Origin: Candidatus Krumholzibacteriia bacterium
GTDB taxonomy: Bacteria > Krumholzibacteriota > Krumholzibacteriia > JAJRXK01
DNA: 64,000 bases
Reading direction: 5' to 3'
NCBI GenBank assembly: GCA_041484665.1
Contig: JBGPIA010000002.1
Span: 416,001-480,000, forward strand
Shown piece after piece: positions 37,161 to 47,446 of the stretch. The translations under genes and the position numbers were made by a program. Each line of letters begins with the position of its first letter. The first letter of the stretch is position 1. Under the pieces are notes generated by a model. That model saw only the letters and a program-made list of their open reading frames with translations, searched no databases and was not told the origin of the DNA.

Positions 37161-38135
37161 CTACTCCTGGGTCACCACGCCCATCTTGAGGAACTTCTGC
37201 AGCCGGGCCTCGAGCAAGCGCTCCGGGGGCATCGCTCCCAGCTCGTCGACGGCGGCGACCAGCGTCTCGCGCATGGTGTGGGCCATGGCCTCCGGGTCGC
37301 GGTGGGCTCCCCCCAGCGGCTCGGGGAGCACGCCGTCGACGACGCCCTGGCCGTAGACCTCCTGGGCGGTGATGCGCATGGCACTGGCCGCCTGGGGAGC
37401 CTTGGCGCGGTCCTTCCAGAGGATGGCGGCGCAGCCCTCGGGACTGATCACCGAGTAGATGCTGTTCTCCAGCATGAAGACGCGGTCACCGACGGCCAGC
37501 GCGAGGGCGCCGCCGCTGCCCCCCTCACCCGTGATGAAGACGACGATGGGTACGGGCATCCGCGCCATCTCGCGCAGATTGCGCGCGATCGCCTCGGCCT
37601 GGCCGCGCTCCTCGGCGCCGATCCCGGGATACGCGCCCGCCGTGTCGATGAACGTCACGATGGGTCGGCCGAATCGGGCGGCGAGCTGCATCAGGCGCAG
37701 CGCCTTGCGGTAGCCCTCCGGATGAGGCATGCCGAAGTTGCGATAGAGGTTGCTCTTGGTATCGCGCCCCTTCTGATGGCCGATCACCATGAAGGGTCGG
37801 CCGTCGAGGGTGGCCATCCCCGCCACGATGGACGGGTCGTCGCGGAAGTTGCGATCTCCGTGCAGCTCGATGAACCGCTCGAAGATCAACTGCAGGTAAT
37901 CCAGCGTGTAGGGCCGCCGCGGGTGCCGCGCGAGCTGGACCCGCTGCCACGGGTCGAGCGAGCTGAAGATCTGTTTGCCCAGCTTGCGGACGCGCTGCCG
38001 CAGCTGCTCGATCTCCTCGGAAACGTCCAGGTCGCTGTCGCTGGCCGACTCCTGGAGTGCCCGGATGCGCTCCTCCAGCTCGACGATGGGACGCTCGAAC
38101 TCCAGGAAGTTGCCGTTGCGCCTTGGATCGGCCAC
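37161..38135 (-). CDS. accA: Acetyl-CoA carboxylase carboxyltransferase alpha subunit
   Basis: [57 protein letters not shown]. Confidence 0.98.
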   Translation of the reverse strand: MADPRRNGNFLEFERPIVELEERIRALQESASDSDLDVSEEIEQLRQRVRKLGKQIFSSLDPWQRVQLARHPRRPYTLDYLQLIFERFIELHGDRNFRDDPSIVAGMATLDGRPFMVIGHQKGRDTKSNLYRNFGMPHPEGYRKALRLMQLAARFGRPIVTFIDTAGAYPGIGAEERGQAEAIARNLREMARMPVPIVVFITGEGGSGGALALAVGDRVFMLENSIYSVISPEGCAAILWKDRAKAPQAASAMRITAQEVYGQGVVDGVLPEPLGGAHRDPEAMAHTMRETLVAAVDELGAMPPERLLEARLQKFLKMGVVTQE

Positions 38136-38213
38136 GCGCTGACCTCACGCAGGATTGCTCCCGCGGGCTGTCCCTGGGCGGGAGAACGGACGACGCCAGT
38201 GCCGAACAGGGCT

Positions 38214-38242
38214 AGCTAAACGCGGTCCCCGGGCGCTGTCAA
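38214..38242 (-). promoter_or_regulatory. Putative sigma70 promoter for accA
   Basis: Perfect TTGACA, then N17, then a weak -10 (TTAGCT). Confidence 0.45.
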
Positions 38243-38277
38243 TCGCGCCGGGGATGCCACGCCACGGTGGCCAGCCG

Positions 38278-41200
38278 TCAGCCACCCGCCGCGAACGACG
38301 CCGCGGCGCGGCGGGGACCGGCCCCTCCCGCGGGCCGGAAGAGGGTTTGTGGCCCCCGAACGGACACCCTCACCGCGGCTACACCCAATAAGGATATCAG
38401 TCGAAGGAGAAAATTTGGTGAAGGTCGTACTGACGCTCGGGTCGCGGCCAGCTGGGCCTCGAACGAGCCATCCTTGACGTTGAGCCGCAGTGGGCAGCTC
38501 CCCGCGGACTCCGCGACGGCGCGCAACAAGCTGTCCGTGAGGGTGCAGCCGAGCTTGGCCGGCAGCTCGACGTGCACCTCGGAGATCAGCTCCAGGCAGG
38601 CCTGCTCCACCGTGAGCGCCCGCTCCAGGACCAACTTGAGGTCGTCCCCCTCGCGCACGCTTGTCCGGCCGGCCACGACCAGGATGGCGTCCGGCTGCAG
38701 CAGCGACCGGTGCGCCTCGTATGCCTGGGAGAAGCAGATGAGCTCGCAGGAGCCACGGAAGTCCTCCAGCGTCACGAAGGCCATCAACTGGCCGCCCCGG
38801 CGGGTGGTGACGGCCTTGAGCGCCGTCACCACGCCGCACACGAGCACCGCAGCGTCGTCGCCCAAGGCGAGCAGGTCCTGCGTGCTCACCGGCGCGAGCC
38901 AGTCCATCACCGTGCGGTGTTGGTCGAGCGGATGCCCCGTCAGATAGAAACCGATCAGCTCCTTTTCCTTGGCGAGGCGCTCAGCATCGCTCCAGGGTGG
39001 CACCTCGGGCAGCACGCCGCGGCGGCCTTCTTGCGGCTCCGCCTCGCCGAACAGGCTGCTCTGGCCGCGGCTGCGGTCGCGGAAGCGCCGCTGCGCGCGG
39101 GCCATCGCCAGGTCCAGCGCCGCCAGCTTCTGCTCGCGCCGGCCTGGCAGCGAGTCCAGGGCGCCGCCCAGGATCAGGCTCTCCACGACGCGGCGGTTGA
39201 CGCGGGTGACGTCGACCTCCTCGCAGAACTCGTAGAGGTCGACGAAGCCGCGCCCCAGGCGCTCGCGCGCGTGCACGATGGCCTCGATGGCAGACACCCC
39301 CACGTTCTTCACGGCGCCCAGACCGAAGCGGATCGTCCCTCCCACCACGCGGAAATCCGCCGTGCAGGTGTTCACGTCCGGCGGCAGGATCTCGATGTTG
39401 CGGCTGCGCGCCTCGTCCAGCAGGGTCACCACGCGCGAAGAGCTCTGCATCTCGCTGGTGAGGGTCGCGGCCAGGAACGCCGCAGGGTGGTGCGCCTTGA
39501 GCCAGGCCGTCTGCGCCGAGAGCACAGCATAGCTGGCGCTGTGGCTCTTGTTGAAGCCGTAGCCGGCGAAAAACGCCATCAGGTCGAAGAGCTGCCGTGC
39601 GGTGGAGCGCCCCAGCCCGCGCGCCACGGCGCCGTCGACGAAGCGCGCCGCCATCTCGGCCATCGCCTCGGGCTTCTTCTTGCCCATGGCCTTGCGCAGC
39701 AGGTCGGCCTCCCCCATGGAGAAGCCAGCCAGCTCGCTGGCGATGCGCATCACCTGCTCCTGGTAGAGGATGACGCCGTAGGTCTCCTCCAGGATGGGCG
39801 CCAGACGCGGCTCCAGGTAGGTGATCTCCTTGCGGCCGTGTTTGCGCTCGATGAAGTCGTCCACCATGCCGCTGCCCAGCGGCCCCGGACGGTACAGGGC
39901 GTTGACGGCAGTGATGTCCTCGAAGGTGCTGGGCTTGAGCTTGCGCAGCACCTCCTGCATGCCGCTGGACTCGAGCTGGAACACGCCGACCGTCTCGCCG
40001 CGCGATAGCATGGCGAACACGTCGGGGTCCGACAGCGGGATGTCGCGCGGCGCGAGGCTCTCGCCCCCGCCGTCGCGGATGAACGCCAGCGCCTTGTCGA
40101 TGACGGTCAACGTGCGCAGGCCCAGGAAGTCCATCTTCAGCAGGCCGACCTCCTCGACCATCTTCATATCCCACTGCGTCGTGATCTCGTCCTTGCTGGA
40201 CTTGTAGAGTGGGACGTGGGCGGTGAGGTCGCCGGGGGCGATCAGGATGCCGGCGGCATGGATGGAGGCGTGGCGGCTGAGACCCTCCAGCTCCAACGCG
40301 GTGCGGATCAGGCGGTCGTAGCGCGGATCCTCCTCGCGTACGGCGCGCAGCTCGGCCACGCTCTCCAGCGCCGCGGGGAGCGTGATCCCCAGCTGGTCGG
40401 GCACCAGCTTGGCGATGCGGTCCACCTCGCCGTAGGAAAGCCCCAGCGCGCGGCCTACGTCGCGCAGCACGCCGCGGGCCAGCATGGTGCCGAAGGTGAT
40501 GATCTGGCAGACGGTCTCTTTACCGTACTTGCGGATGACGTACTCGATGATCTCGGCACGGCGCTCGAAGCAGAAGTCGATGTCGATGTCGGGCATGCTG
40601 ACGCGCTGCGGGTTGAGGAAGCGCTCGAACAGGAGACCGTGCGCCAGCGGATCGATGTCGGTGATCCCAAGCGCGTAGCACACCAGCGATCCGGCAGCGC
40701 TGCCGCGCCCCGGCCCCACCGGGATTCCGCGCTCGCGGGCCGCGCGCACGAAGTCGCTCACGATGAGGAAGTAACCGGCGAACCCCGTGGTCTCGATGAC
40801 CTGGAGCTCGTAGCGCAGGCGCTCCTCGATGCGCGCGTCGATCTGCGTGTAGCGCCCGCGCACGCCCTCGGCGGCGAGCTTCGCCAGGTAATCGTCGGGC
40901 CGCTGGAACCCCTCCGGCAGCGGGAAGCGCGGCAGCAGCAGCTTGCCCAGCGGCAGCTCGACGTCGCAGCGCTGGGCGATCTCCAACGTGTTGGCGAGAG
41001 CGTCGGGAAACCCGGCGAACAGCGCCTGCATCTCGGCGGGCGTCTTGAGCCAGTTCTGGTCGCTGTCGTAGCGCCAGCGGGTGGGGTCGTCGACCGTCTT
41101 GGCGGTCTGGATCGCCAGCAGCACGTCGTGGGCCGCGGCCTGCTCCCGCGAGAGGTAGTGGGCGTCATTGGTGGCCACCAGGCGCGCGCCCGCTTCGCGA

Positions 41201-41793
41201 GCGAGGTCCTGCGCCAGGGCACGCACGCGCTCCTCCTTGACCAGCCCGTGGTTCTGGATCTCCAGAAAGTAACCGTCGCGCCCGAAGATCTCCAGGTACT
41301 CGCCCAGCGCCCTGCGCGCGGCGGGCAGGTCGTCCTCCGCAAGCGCGTACGCCACCTCGCCCTGCAGGCAGCTGCCGGTGGCAATCAGGCCCTCGCGGTA
41401 CTGCTGCAGCAGCTTCTTGTCCAGGCGAGGCTTGTAGTAGAACCCCTCCAGATAGGCGATCGACGAGAGCTTGACGAGATTGCGCCAGCCTTGCAGCGTC
41501 TCGGCGAGCAGGATCAGGTGGTGGATGGGGCCGGCCTTGTCGGGAGACTTCTCGCGGTGATCGCGCGCGAGGTAGGCCTCCATCCCCAGGATCGGGCGGA
41601 TGCCTTCCTTGCGGCACGCCTGGTAGAACTCCACGGCACCGAACAGATTGCCGTGGTCGGTGAGCGCGACCGCGGGCATCTGCAGCTGCGCGACACGGCG
41701 CGCGAGGTCGCCAACCTTCATCGCGCCGTCGAGCAGGCTGTAGTCGCTATGGTTGTGAAGGTGGACGAAGCTCTCGTCCGGCTTGGAAATCAT
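38278..41793 (-). CDS. dnaE: DNA polymerase III alpha subunit
   Basis: HLHNHSDYSLLDG, GPGRGSAAGS, MPDIDIDF, KMDFLGL, YGFNKSHS; normal length, no intein seen. Confidence 0.98.
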   Translation of the reverse strand: MISKPDESFVHLHNHSDYSLLDGAMKVGDLARRVAQLQMPAVALTDHGNLFGAVEFYQACRKEGIRPILGMEAYLARDHREKSPDKAGPIHHLILLAETLQGWRNLVKLSSIAYLEGFYYKPRLDKKLLQQYREGLIATGSCLQGEVAYALAEDDLPAARRALGEYLEIFGRDGYFLEIQNHGLVKEERVRALAQDLAREAGARLVATNDAHYLSREQAAAHDVLLAIQTAKTVDDPTRWRYDSDQNWLKTPAEMQALFAGFPDALANTLEIAQRCDVELPLGKLLLPRFPLPEGFQRPDDYLAKLAAEGVRGRYTQIDARIEERLRYELQVIETTGFAGYFLIVSDFVRAARERGIPVGPGRGSAAGSLVCYALGITDIDPLAHGLLFERFLNPQRVSMPDIDIDFCFERRAEIIEYVIRKYGKETVCQIITFGTMLARGVLRDVGRALGLSYGEVDRIAKLVPDQLGITLPAALESVAELRAVREEDPRYDRLIRTALELEGLSRHASIHAAGILIAPGDLTAHVPLYKSSKDEITTQWDMKMVEEVGLLKMDFLGLRTLTVIDKALAFIRDGGGESLAPRDIPLSDPDVFAMLSRGETVGVFQLESSGMQEVLRKLKPSTFEDITAVNALYRPGPLGSGMVDDFIERKHGRKEITYLEPRLAPILEETYGVILYQEQVMRIASELAGFSMGEADLLRKAMGKKKPEAMAEMAARFVDGAVARGLGRSTARQLFDLMAFFAGYGFNKSHSASYAVLSAQTAWLKAHHPAAFLAATLTSEMQSSSRVVTLLDEARSRNIEILPPDVNTCTADFRVVGGTIRFGLGAVKNVGVSAIEAIVHARERLGRGFVDLYEFCEEVDVTRVNRRVVESLILGGALDSLPGRREQKLAALDLAMARAQRRFRDRSRGQSSLFGEAEPQEGRRGVLPEVPPWSDAERLAKEKELIGFYLTGHPLDQHRTVMDWLAPVSTQDLLALGDDAAVLVCGVVTALKAVTTRRGGQLMAFVTLEDFRGSCELICFSQAYEAHRSLLQPDAILVVAGRTSVREGDDLKLVLERALTVEQACLELISEVHVELPAKLGCTLTDSLLRAVAESAGSCPLRLNVKDGSFEAQLAATRASVRPSPNFLLRLISLLGVAAVRVSVRGPQTLFRPAGGAGPRRAAASFAAGG

Positions 41794-41855
41794 GGGGTCC
41801 CGTTGAGGAAGGGCTCCCGCGCGTCGCTCGCGCCGCGGGGCTGCCAGGCGGCGCC

Positions 41856-41884
41856 AGACTACCCAATGGGGGAAGGCGCTACAA
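41856..41884 (-). promoter_or_regulatory. Putative sigma70 promoter for dnaE
   Basis: TTGTAG-N17-TAGTCT. Confidence 0.55.
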
Positions 41885-42013
41885 GAGCCCCCGGGCAAGC
41901 GCGATTGTGGGGCGGTTCCAGAGCGTTTTTCGCAACGGCGGCGATCGCTCGACCGGTGCGGCGCCGGCCCCGGGCCCGGGCGGCACCGGCGCGGCCGGAG
42001 CGTGGAGCGCTGC

Positions 42014-42085
42014 GAACACGGCGGACACGGCAGACACGGTGGGCACGACGGTAACGACGGACACAGCGCACGCGGCGCGCGCGGC
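42014..42085. repeat. Degenerate 9-bp tandem repeat, about 8 units
   Basis: gaacacggc ggacacggc agacacggt gggcacgac ggtaacgac ggacacagc gcacgcggc gcgcgcggc. Confidence 0.6.
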
Positions 42086-42097
42086 GGTGACCTCGGC

Positions 42098-44392
42098 CTA
42101 ACGGGGCGGTGCGAGCGTGAAGCGCAGCTCGGCCTGGCTCTGATTGCCCACGCGGTCGGTGGCAACCACGCGCGCGACGTGGGCGCCGCGGCCCGGATCG
42201 CGATAGAACTCGAAGTGCAAGCGCCTGCCCTCCGGGTCCCAGCGCGCGGGGAAGGGCTTGCCGTCCACGGTCGCCGCGATCCCAGCCGCAGCGAGCCCCG
42301 TTCCCTCGTCGGACAGTGGCAGCTCCAACGCCGGCCAGGGCGCAAGCGTCACTCCCTGGGGAGAGCGCGCCGTACGCGACGCGATCGCGGGTCCGCCGCT
42401 GTGCAGGGTCTTGCCGGCGAGCTGCCAACGCCCCAGCAGCGGCGGCTCATCGTCCAGCAGCGCGGCCACGATACCGGTGGCCTCCAGCGGGGCGCACAGG
42501 CGCGCCTCACGCGCCGGCCCGGTCTTCCATGAGGCGCCCAGCCAGGTCCACTGTCCGTCGCTGCCGCGCAGCAGGAGGCCAGCGCGGGGATTGCGCGCGT
42601 CCACGGCGGGCACGCGCACGCTGACCTCCAGCGACCCGGCGAACATCGCGCCGGCGCCCACGATCTCCACGGCGGGGGCGATCCGCCGCGCGCCGGAGGG
42701 CAACAGCAGCCGCGCGGGTGCCGCCACGAGCTGCAGCCAGCCGCCTTCGTACAGCGCATGGCCCGTGGAGTCGCGCAACGCCCACCCGGCGACCGCGTCC
42801 GCCAGCGCGCCGAAGCGCTTGCCAGCCACGCCGAGCATGACGGTGGCGGCCACCAGGGGCTGGCCGCTGGCGCGATCCAGGAGCACCACGTGCGTTGGGC
42901 CGCTGCGCAGGCGGCGCCCCTCCACCGCAGCGACGAGTCCCACGCCGCCGCGCAACAGCGTCGCCGGCGGGCTGAACGCCTCGGCGCCCGCAGGCTCGAT
43001 GCGCAGCTGCGCGCGGTCCGGGCCTGCCTCCCCGGCTGGCGTGGCGGTCGTGGGCGGCGTGCGCACCAAGGCCGCGTCCGCTGCCACAGCCTGCACCTCC
43101 AGCACGTCCTCCTGCGGGCTGATCAGCAGCGTCCACCCGCGGCGCCCCGCAACGTCCGCGGCGCCGACACCACGACCTGCGTGGTCGCCCGACTCGCCGG
43201 GGACGCCGCGCCGGCCGTCGGGCGCTGGCGCAGGCACAGGTGGACGGGCGAGGATCCGCACGCCGACGGAGTCGCGGTTGCCCGCGGCATCCCAGGCGAC
43301 GACGCTCAAGCGGTGCGCTCGCCCGTCGGCGGGCAGCACGATCGATGCCCCCGCCACGGTCTCATGGCGGTACGGAAGCGTGTTGCCGTCGCGCTTGTAC
43401 AAACGGAGCCACTGGCGGCGGCGCCCGCCGGCGCTCTCGTCGAGCTCCGTGCGCAACTGGATCGACATGGCGAAGCTGCACGCGCGCTGCTGCAGCTCGT
43501 AGGCGAGCGCTCCGTCGAGGCACAGGCGGACGCCCAGCGGCATCACGAGTTGGCCGAAGGGTCCGGTTTGATCGCCCAGGTCGGCCTGCACGCCGAGCCG
43601 GCCCGCCGCCTCCACGGAGTCGCCGGGCGCCAGCTCGACCGCGCGTGCTGCGCCCTCGATGCGGGCGTCCTCGGCCAGGGCGACCAGCCGCAGGCGGCGC
43701 ACCCGCGGCGACGTACGGTCAGGCACCGGGAAGCCGTTGAGCAACGGGTTGAGGGCGACCTCCTGTGCATCGCGCACCTCGAAGTGCAGATGGGGAGCCC
43801 CGACTCCGGTGTCGCCGCTGAGGGCAATCCGCTCCCCGCGCTGCACGGGCAGCCGGCCGGAAGGAAACGAGAGGTCCTGTTCGTAGGCGCCGCTGCCCCA
43901 TTGCGCGGCCGTCATCTCGCGCTGGAGCGCGTCGGCAAGCTCGCTGAGGTGGGCGAACACGTAGGTGCGCCCCCCGGCCGTCGTCAGGTAGATGGCCTTG
44001 CCGTAGCCCGTGGGCGAGGCCCGCAGGCGCGAGACCCAGCCTCTCTCGGGGGCGACCACCGGGATGCCGGTGCGTCCGCCAGTACGCAGATCGATTCCGG
44101 CGTGATAGCGTCCAGTCCGCGGCTCCATGAACGAGGCGCTCAGCGCCCGGATCGGGTAGTCCAGCGGCCACTGCAGCGGCGGCGAATCGGCGGCGCGCTC
44201 TGCCGAAGCTGCGGCCGCAGTCCCGGCCCGCGCGGCCGCCACGGCCGCGGTTTCGGCCCGGCCGGTCGTCGCCGGCCCGCACGCTGGCGCCGCAGGCAAT
44301 GCGGCCGCCACGGCCGCGGCCAGGGCAATCGGCAGGGCCGCCCTGGCCGCCCAGGGCCTCCGCGCGCCCAGCTTGCCAGCGCCGCGCAACAT
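42098..44392 (-). CDS. M23-family metallopeptidase with long C-terminal extension (start uncertain)
   Basis: YHAGID (HxxxD), GYGKAIY, FAHL, SGDTG..APHLHFEVRD (HxH). Confidence 0.85.
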   Translation of the reverse strand: MLRGAGKLGARRPWAARAALPIALAAAVAAALPAAPACGPATTGRAETAAVAAARAGTAAAASAERAADSPPLQWPLDYPIRALSASFMEPRTGRYHAGIDLRTGGRTGIPVVAPERGWVSRLRASPTGYGKAIYLTTAGGRTYVFAHLSELADALQREMTAAQWGSGAYEQDLSFPSGRLPVQRGERIALSGDTGVGAPHLHFEVRDAQEVALNPLLNGFPVPDRTSPRVRRLRLVALAEDARIEGAARAVELAPGDSVEAAGRLGVQADLGDQTGPFGQLVMPLGVRLCLDGALAYELQQRACSFAMSIQLRTELDESAGGRRRQWLRLYKRDGNTLPYRHETVAGASIVLPADGRAHRLSVVAWDAAGNRDSVGVRILARPPVPAPAPDGRRGVPGESGDHAGRGVGAADVAGRRGWTLLISPQEDVLEVQAVAADAALVRTPPTTATPAGEAGPDRAQLRIEPAGAEAFSPPATLLRGGVGLVAAVEGRRLRSGPTHVVLLDRASGQPLVAATVMLGVAGKRFGALADAVAGWALRDSTGHALYEGGWLQLVAAPARLLLPSGARRIAPAVEIVGAGAMFAGSLEVSVRVPAVDARNPRAGLLLRGSDGQWTWLGASWKTGPAREARLCAPLEATGIVAALLDDEPPLLGRWQLAGKTLHSGGPAIASRTARSPQGVTLAPWPALELPLSDEGTGLAAAGIAATVDGKPFPARWDPEGRRLHFEFYRDPGRGAHVARVVATDRVGNQSQAELRFTLAPPR

Positions 44393-44401
44393 CCGTAGAG
44401 T
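44373..44401 (+). promoter_or_regulatory. Putative sigma70 promoter for the PPIase gene
   Basis: TTGCCA-N17-TAGAGT, about 80 nt upstream of the ATG at 44481. Confidence 0.5.
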
Positions 44402-44480
44402 AGTTGGTCCTGCCGATAGCAGGTCCGTCGCGGCCGTCGCCGGTCGGTCGCAGTCGCAAGCCGCGGGAGAGTGGTCGGTC

Positions 44481-46313
44481 ATGATGCAGCTGCTGCGCAA
44501 CAGGGTGAAGCTGGTCTACTGGGTCGTGATCACGGCCTTCATAGCCTTCGCCTTCCTGGTCTGGGGCGTCGGCTTCGAGAAGGGGCGCGGCCAGAAGGAG
44601 CACACTACGGTTGCGTCGATCGACGGCGTCGACGTCGCGATGGATACGTGGCGCGAGCGGGTCCGGGTGCTCACCGAGCAGATGCAGCAGCAACGCGGCG
44701 AGCAGCAGGAGCCCCTCTCCGACAACCAGCTCATCCACGTGCGGCAGCAGGCGTTCGACGACCTGGTCACCGAGACGCTGCTCGACCAGCAGGTCAAGAA
44801 GATGAAGATCACGGTGACCGACGCCGAGATCGCCGACGTTCTGCGCAATGACCCTCCCCCCTACCTGCTGGCCCTCTACCGCGACGACAAGGGCAACATC
44901 GACTACGACGCCTACAACCGCGACCTGCAGGAATCTTCGCCCCGCTGGCGCCAGGCGCTGGAGTACCTGCGCCAGACCCTGCCGCTGCAGAAGCTGGAGC
45001 AGCACATCACCGACCAGGCCGTGGTCGGCGAGGCGGAGCTGCGCGAGGCCTTCGCCGAGCAGAGCGTGAAGGCCGTCGCCGAGTACGTGACGAAGCCCTA
45101 CGCGGACGTGCCGGTGCCCGACGGCCAGATCCAGGACGACCAGATCTCCGCCTACTATAACCAGCACAAGGAAGAGTACAACCAGCCTGCGCGCGCCGCG
45201 GTGAAACTGGTGACGCTCCCGGCGCAACCGAGCGCCGAGGACGACGCCGACGTACTGTCGGTCATCTCGGACATCCGCAAGGAGCTGGTCGAGAAACGCA
45301 CGACCTTCGCCGATGCCGCCACGACCTACAGCGAGGATCCCAGCGCCAAGAGCGGAGGCGATCTGGGCTTCTTCGACCGCGAGAAGATGGTGGCGCCGTT
45401 CACCGATGCGGCCTTCAAGCTTCCGGTCGGCCAGATCTCCGAGCCGGTGCGCACCCAGTTCGGATACCACCTGATCCTGGTGACCGACGAGAAGCTCGAC
45501 ACCGCCAAGACTGTCAAGAAAGGCGCCGCAGCCGAGCGCAGCGAGGTGCGGGCCAGCCACATCTTGCTGAAGGTGCGCCCCAGCCAGACGACCTTGGTCA
45601 GCCTGCGCGAGAAGGCCGACGCCTGCCTCACCGACGCCGCGACCATGGGGCTGGACGAGGCAGCCAAGAAGCTAGGGCTGACCGTGACTGTCACCCCACC
45701 CTTCCAGGACTCGTTCAATATCCCCGGTGTGCCCAACTCGCTGCCCGGGACGCGCTTCGCGTTCTCCAACCCGGTGGGGACGATGTCGCCGGTCTACCAG
45801 AACGACGACATGGTCTACTTCTTCCAGGTGGGCGAGCGGCTGCCGGCTGGCGTGCGCTCGCTGGAAGAGGTCAAACCCATGATCACCGCCGAGATCCAGC
45901 GCGACCAGCGCGCCGAGCAGGCCGCCGCCGCGCTGAACGCAACTTGGGCCAAGCTGAAGGAGGGCAGGACGCTGGAGCTGGTTGCCAAGGAGACGGGCCT
46001 GACCTACGGCAGGACCGACACGTTCACCTATCGCCAGCAGATCAAGGACATCGGCTTCGCCAGCCCGTTCGCCAAGGCCGCCCTCAGCCTGGAGCCGGGC
46101 CAGACCATCAGCGACGTTCGCACGCCGCGCGGCACCTACATCGTGAAGCTCCTGTGGAAGAGCGCCTTCGACGAGGAGGCCTTCAAGAAGAAGCGTTCCG
46201 AGCTGTCGCAATCGCTGTTGTTCAGCCGCCAGCGGCAGATGCTGGACCAGTGGCTCAAGCAGCTCAAAGAAAGCGCCAAGATCGTCGACAACCGGACGCC
46301 CGATCTGCTGTAG
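44481..46313 (+). CDS. PpiD/SurA-like membrane-anchored parvulin PPIase/chaperone
   Basis: N-terminal TM, SurA-N-like region, YSEDPSAKSGGDLGFF, FTDAAF, SEPVRTQFGYHLI, ASHILLK. Confidence 0.9.
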   Translation: MMQLLRNRVKLVYWVVITAFIAFAFLVWGVGFEKGRGQKEHTTVASIDGVDVAMDTWRERVRVLTEQMQQQRGEQQEPLSDNQLIHVRQQAFDDLVTETLLDQQVKKMKITVTDAEIADVLRNDPPPYLLALYRDDKGNIDYDAYNRDLQESSPRWRQALEYLRQTLPLQKLEQHITDQAVVGEAELREAFAEQSVKAVAEYVTKPYADVPVPDGQIQDDQISAYYNQHKEEYNQPARAAVKLVTLPAQPSAEDDADVLSVISDIRKELVEKRTTFADAATTYSEDPSAKSGGDLGFFDREKMVAPFTDAAFKLPVGQISEPVRTQFGYHLILVTDEKLDTAKTVKKGAAAERSEVRASHILLKVRPSQTTLVSLREKADACLTDAATMGLDEAAKKLGLTVTVTPPFQDSFNIPGVPNSLPGTRFAFSNPVGTMSPVYQNDDMVYFFQVGERLPAGVRSLEEVKPMITAEIQRDQRAEQAAAALNATWAKLKEGRTLELVAKETGLTYGRTDTFTYRQQIKDIGFASPFAKAALSLEPGQTISDVRTPRGTYIVKLLWKSAFDEEAFKKKRSELSQSLLFSRQRQMLDQWLKQLKESAKIVDNRTPDLL

Positions 46314-46330
46314 GCGCGCGCTCGCCGCCG

Positions 46331-46369
46331 GCGTTGCAGCGCACGCAAGCGCTGCGCGGCGCGCAACGC
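46331..46369. terminator. Possible stem-loop between convergent genes
   Basis: GCAGCGC-acgcaa-GCGCTGC hairpin; no clear U-tract. Confidence 0.35.
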
Positions 46370-46381
46370 GTCACACCGGGC

Positions 46382-47410
46382 TCAGCGCAGGGGCGCGGCT
46401 GCGTTGCGCTCCCTCACCGCCGCCCCCGGCGCCACGAGTAACGCCGCCGTCCAGGCCCGCTGCTCCACGAACGCCTCCTCGCGCACCGGGCAGGGGTGTA
46501 CCGTGCACAGGTGGCAGCACTCCGGGGAGCAGGGGTCGATGTGCACCATCACCTCGCCATCGGCACCCAGCTCGCGCAGGATCACCGCTTCGACCTCCTT
46601 CTCGCAGGTGTGCGATTGCGAGATGGCGAAGTAGCGAGGCAGCGTGAGGTGGCAGTCCATGTGCAAGAAGCGCCCCGAGCGCCAGGCGCGCAGCTGATGG
46701 ATGTCGATCCACTCGGGCCGGCGCGAGCGCTGCAAACTGTCGGCGATGCGCGAGAGCAGGTGCTCGTCGGCCTCGTCCATGAGGCGCCCCACCGACTCGC
46801 GCACGAGCTTGCCACCTGAGGCCAGGATCTGCAGGGCCACCAGGCAGGCCACCAGCGGGTCGACCCAGTTCCAGTGGGTCAGCCAGACCAGCAGCAGCCC
46901 GGCCACCACCCCCCCGCTGGTGATCGTGTCGGTCAGCACATGGCGCCCATCGGCGGACAGCGCGCGGCTGCCCAGCTTGCGCCCGGCACGCACCAGAAAG
47001 AGCCCGAGGACGCCGTTGACAGCGCCCGCACCGAACACGATTGCAAGTCCCACGTCCAGCTGCGCCAGCTCGGCGGGGTGCAGCAGGCGAGGGATGGACA
47101 TCCGCAGGATCGCCACCGCCGCGAGCACGATCAGCGCGCCCTCGACACCCGCCGAGAAATCCTCGGCCTTGCCGTGGCCGTAGGGGTGGTCCCGGTCGGC
47201 CGGCCGCGCGCTCACCGAGAGGCTGAACAAAAGCAGCGCCGCCGCGGCGATGTTGAGAATCGACTCCAGGGCATCCGACAGCACGGCGGCCGAGCCGGTG
47301 GCCACGTACGCCCAGAACTTCGCCCCGCATAGCACGATGCCGATGAGCAGCGATGCGATCGCCACGTTGCGCCGCGCGCGCGCGGCGGCGCGGGCTTGGG
47401 GCGTCTCCAC
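46382..47410 (-). CDS. Cation diffusion facilitator (FieF-like) transporter
   Basis: SAAVLSDALES, HPYGHGKAE, ADGRHVLTD, C-terminal dimerisation domain ending HIDP. Confidence 0.93.
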   Translation of the reverse strand: METPQARAAARARRNVAIASLLIGIVLCGAKFWAYVATGSAAVLSDALESILNIAAAALLLFSLSVSARPADRDHPYGHGKAEDFSAGVEGALIVLAAVAILRMSIPRLLHPAELAQLDVGLAIVFGAGAVNGVLGLFLVRAGRKLGSRALSADGRHVLTDTITSGGVVAGLLLVWLTHWNWVDPLVACLVALQILASGGKLVRESVGRLMDEADEHLLSRIADSLQRSRRPEWIDIHQLRAWRSGRFLHMDCHLTLPRYFAISQSHTCEKEVEAVILRELGADGEVMVHIDPCSPECCHLCTVHPCPVREEAFVEQRAWTAALLVAPGAAVRERNAAAPLR

Positions 47411-47446
47411 GGGCCTGGCCTCTTTTCCGCGCAGCCTGGCGCGCGC

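Noticed and set aside
38278..41793. Intein in dnaE, ligA or the helicases
   Set aside because: Protein lengths are normal and I saw no intein splice-junction or LAGLIDADG motifs.
42014..42085. CRISPR array
   Set aside because: Contiguous 9-bp units without spacers, and no cas genes.
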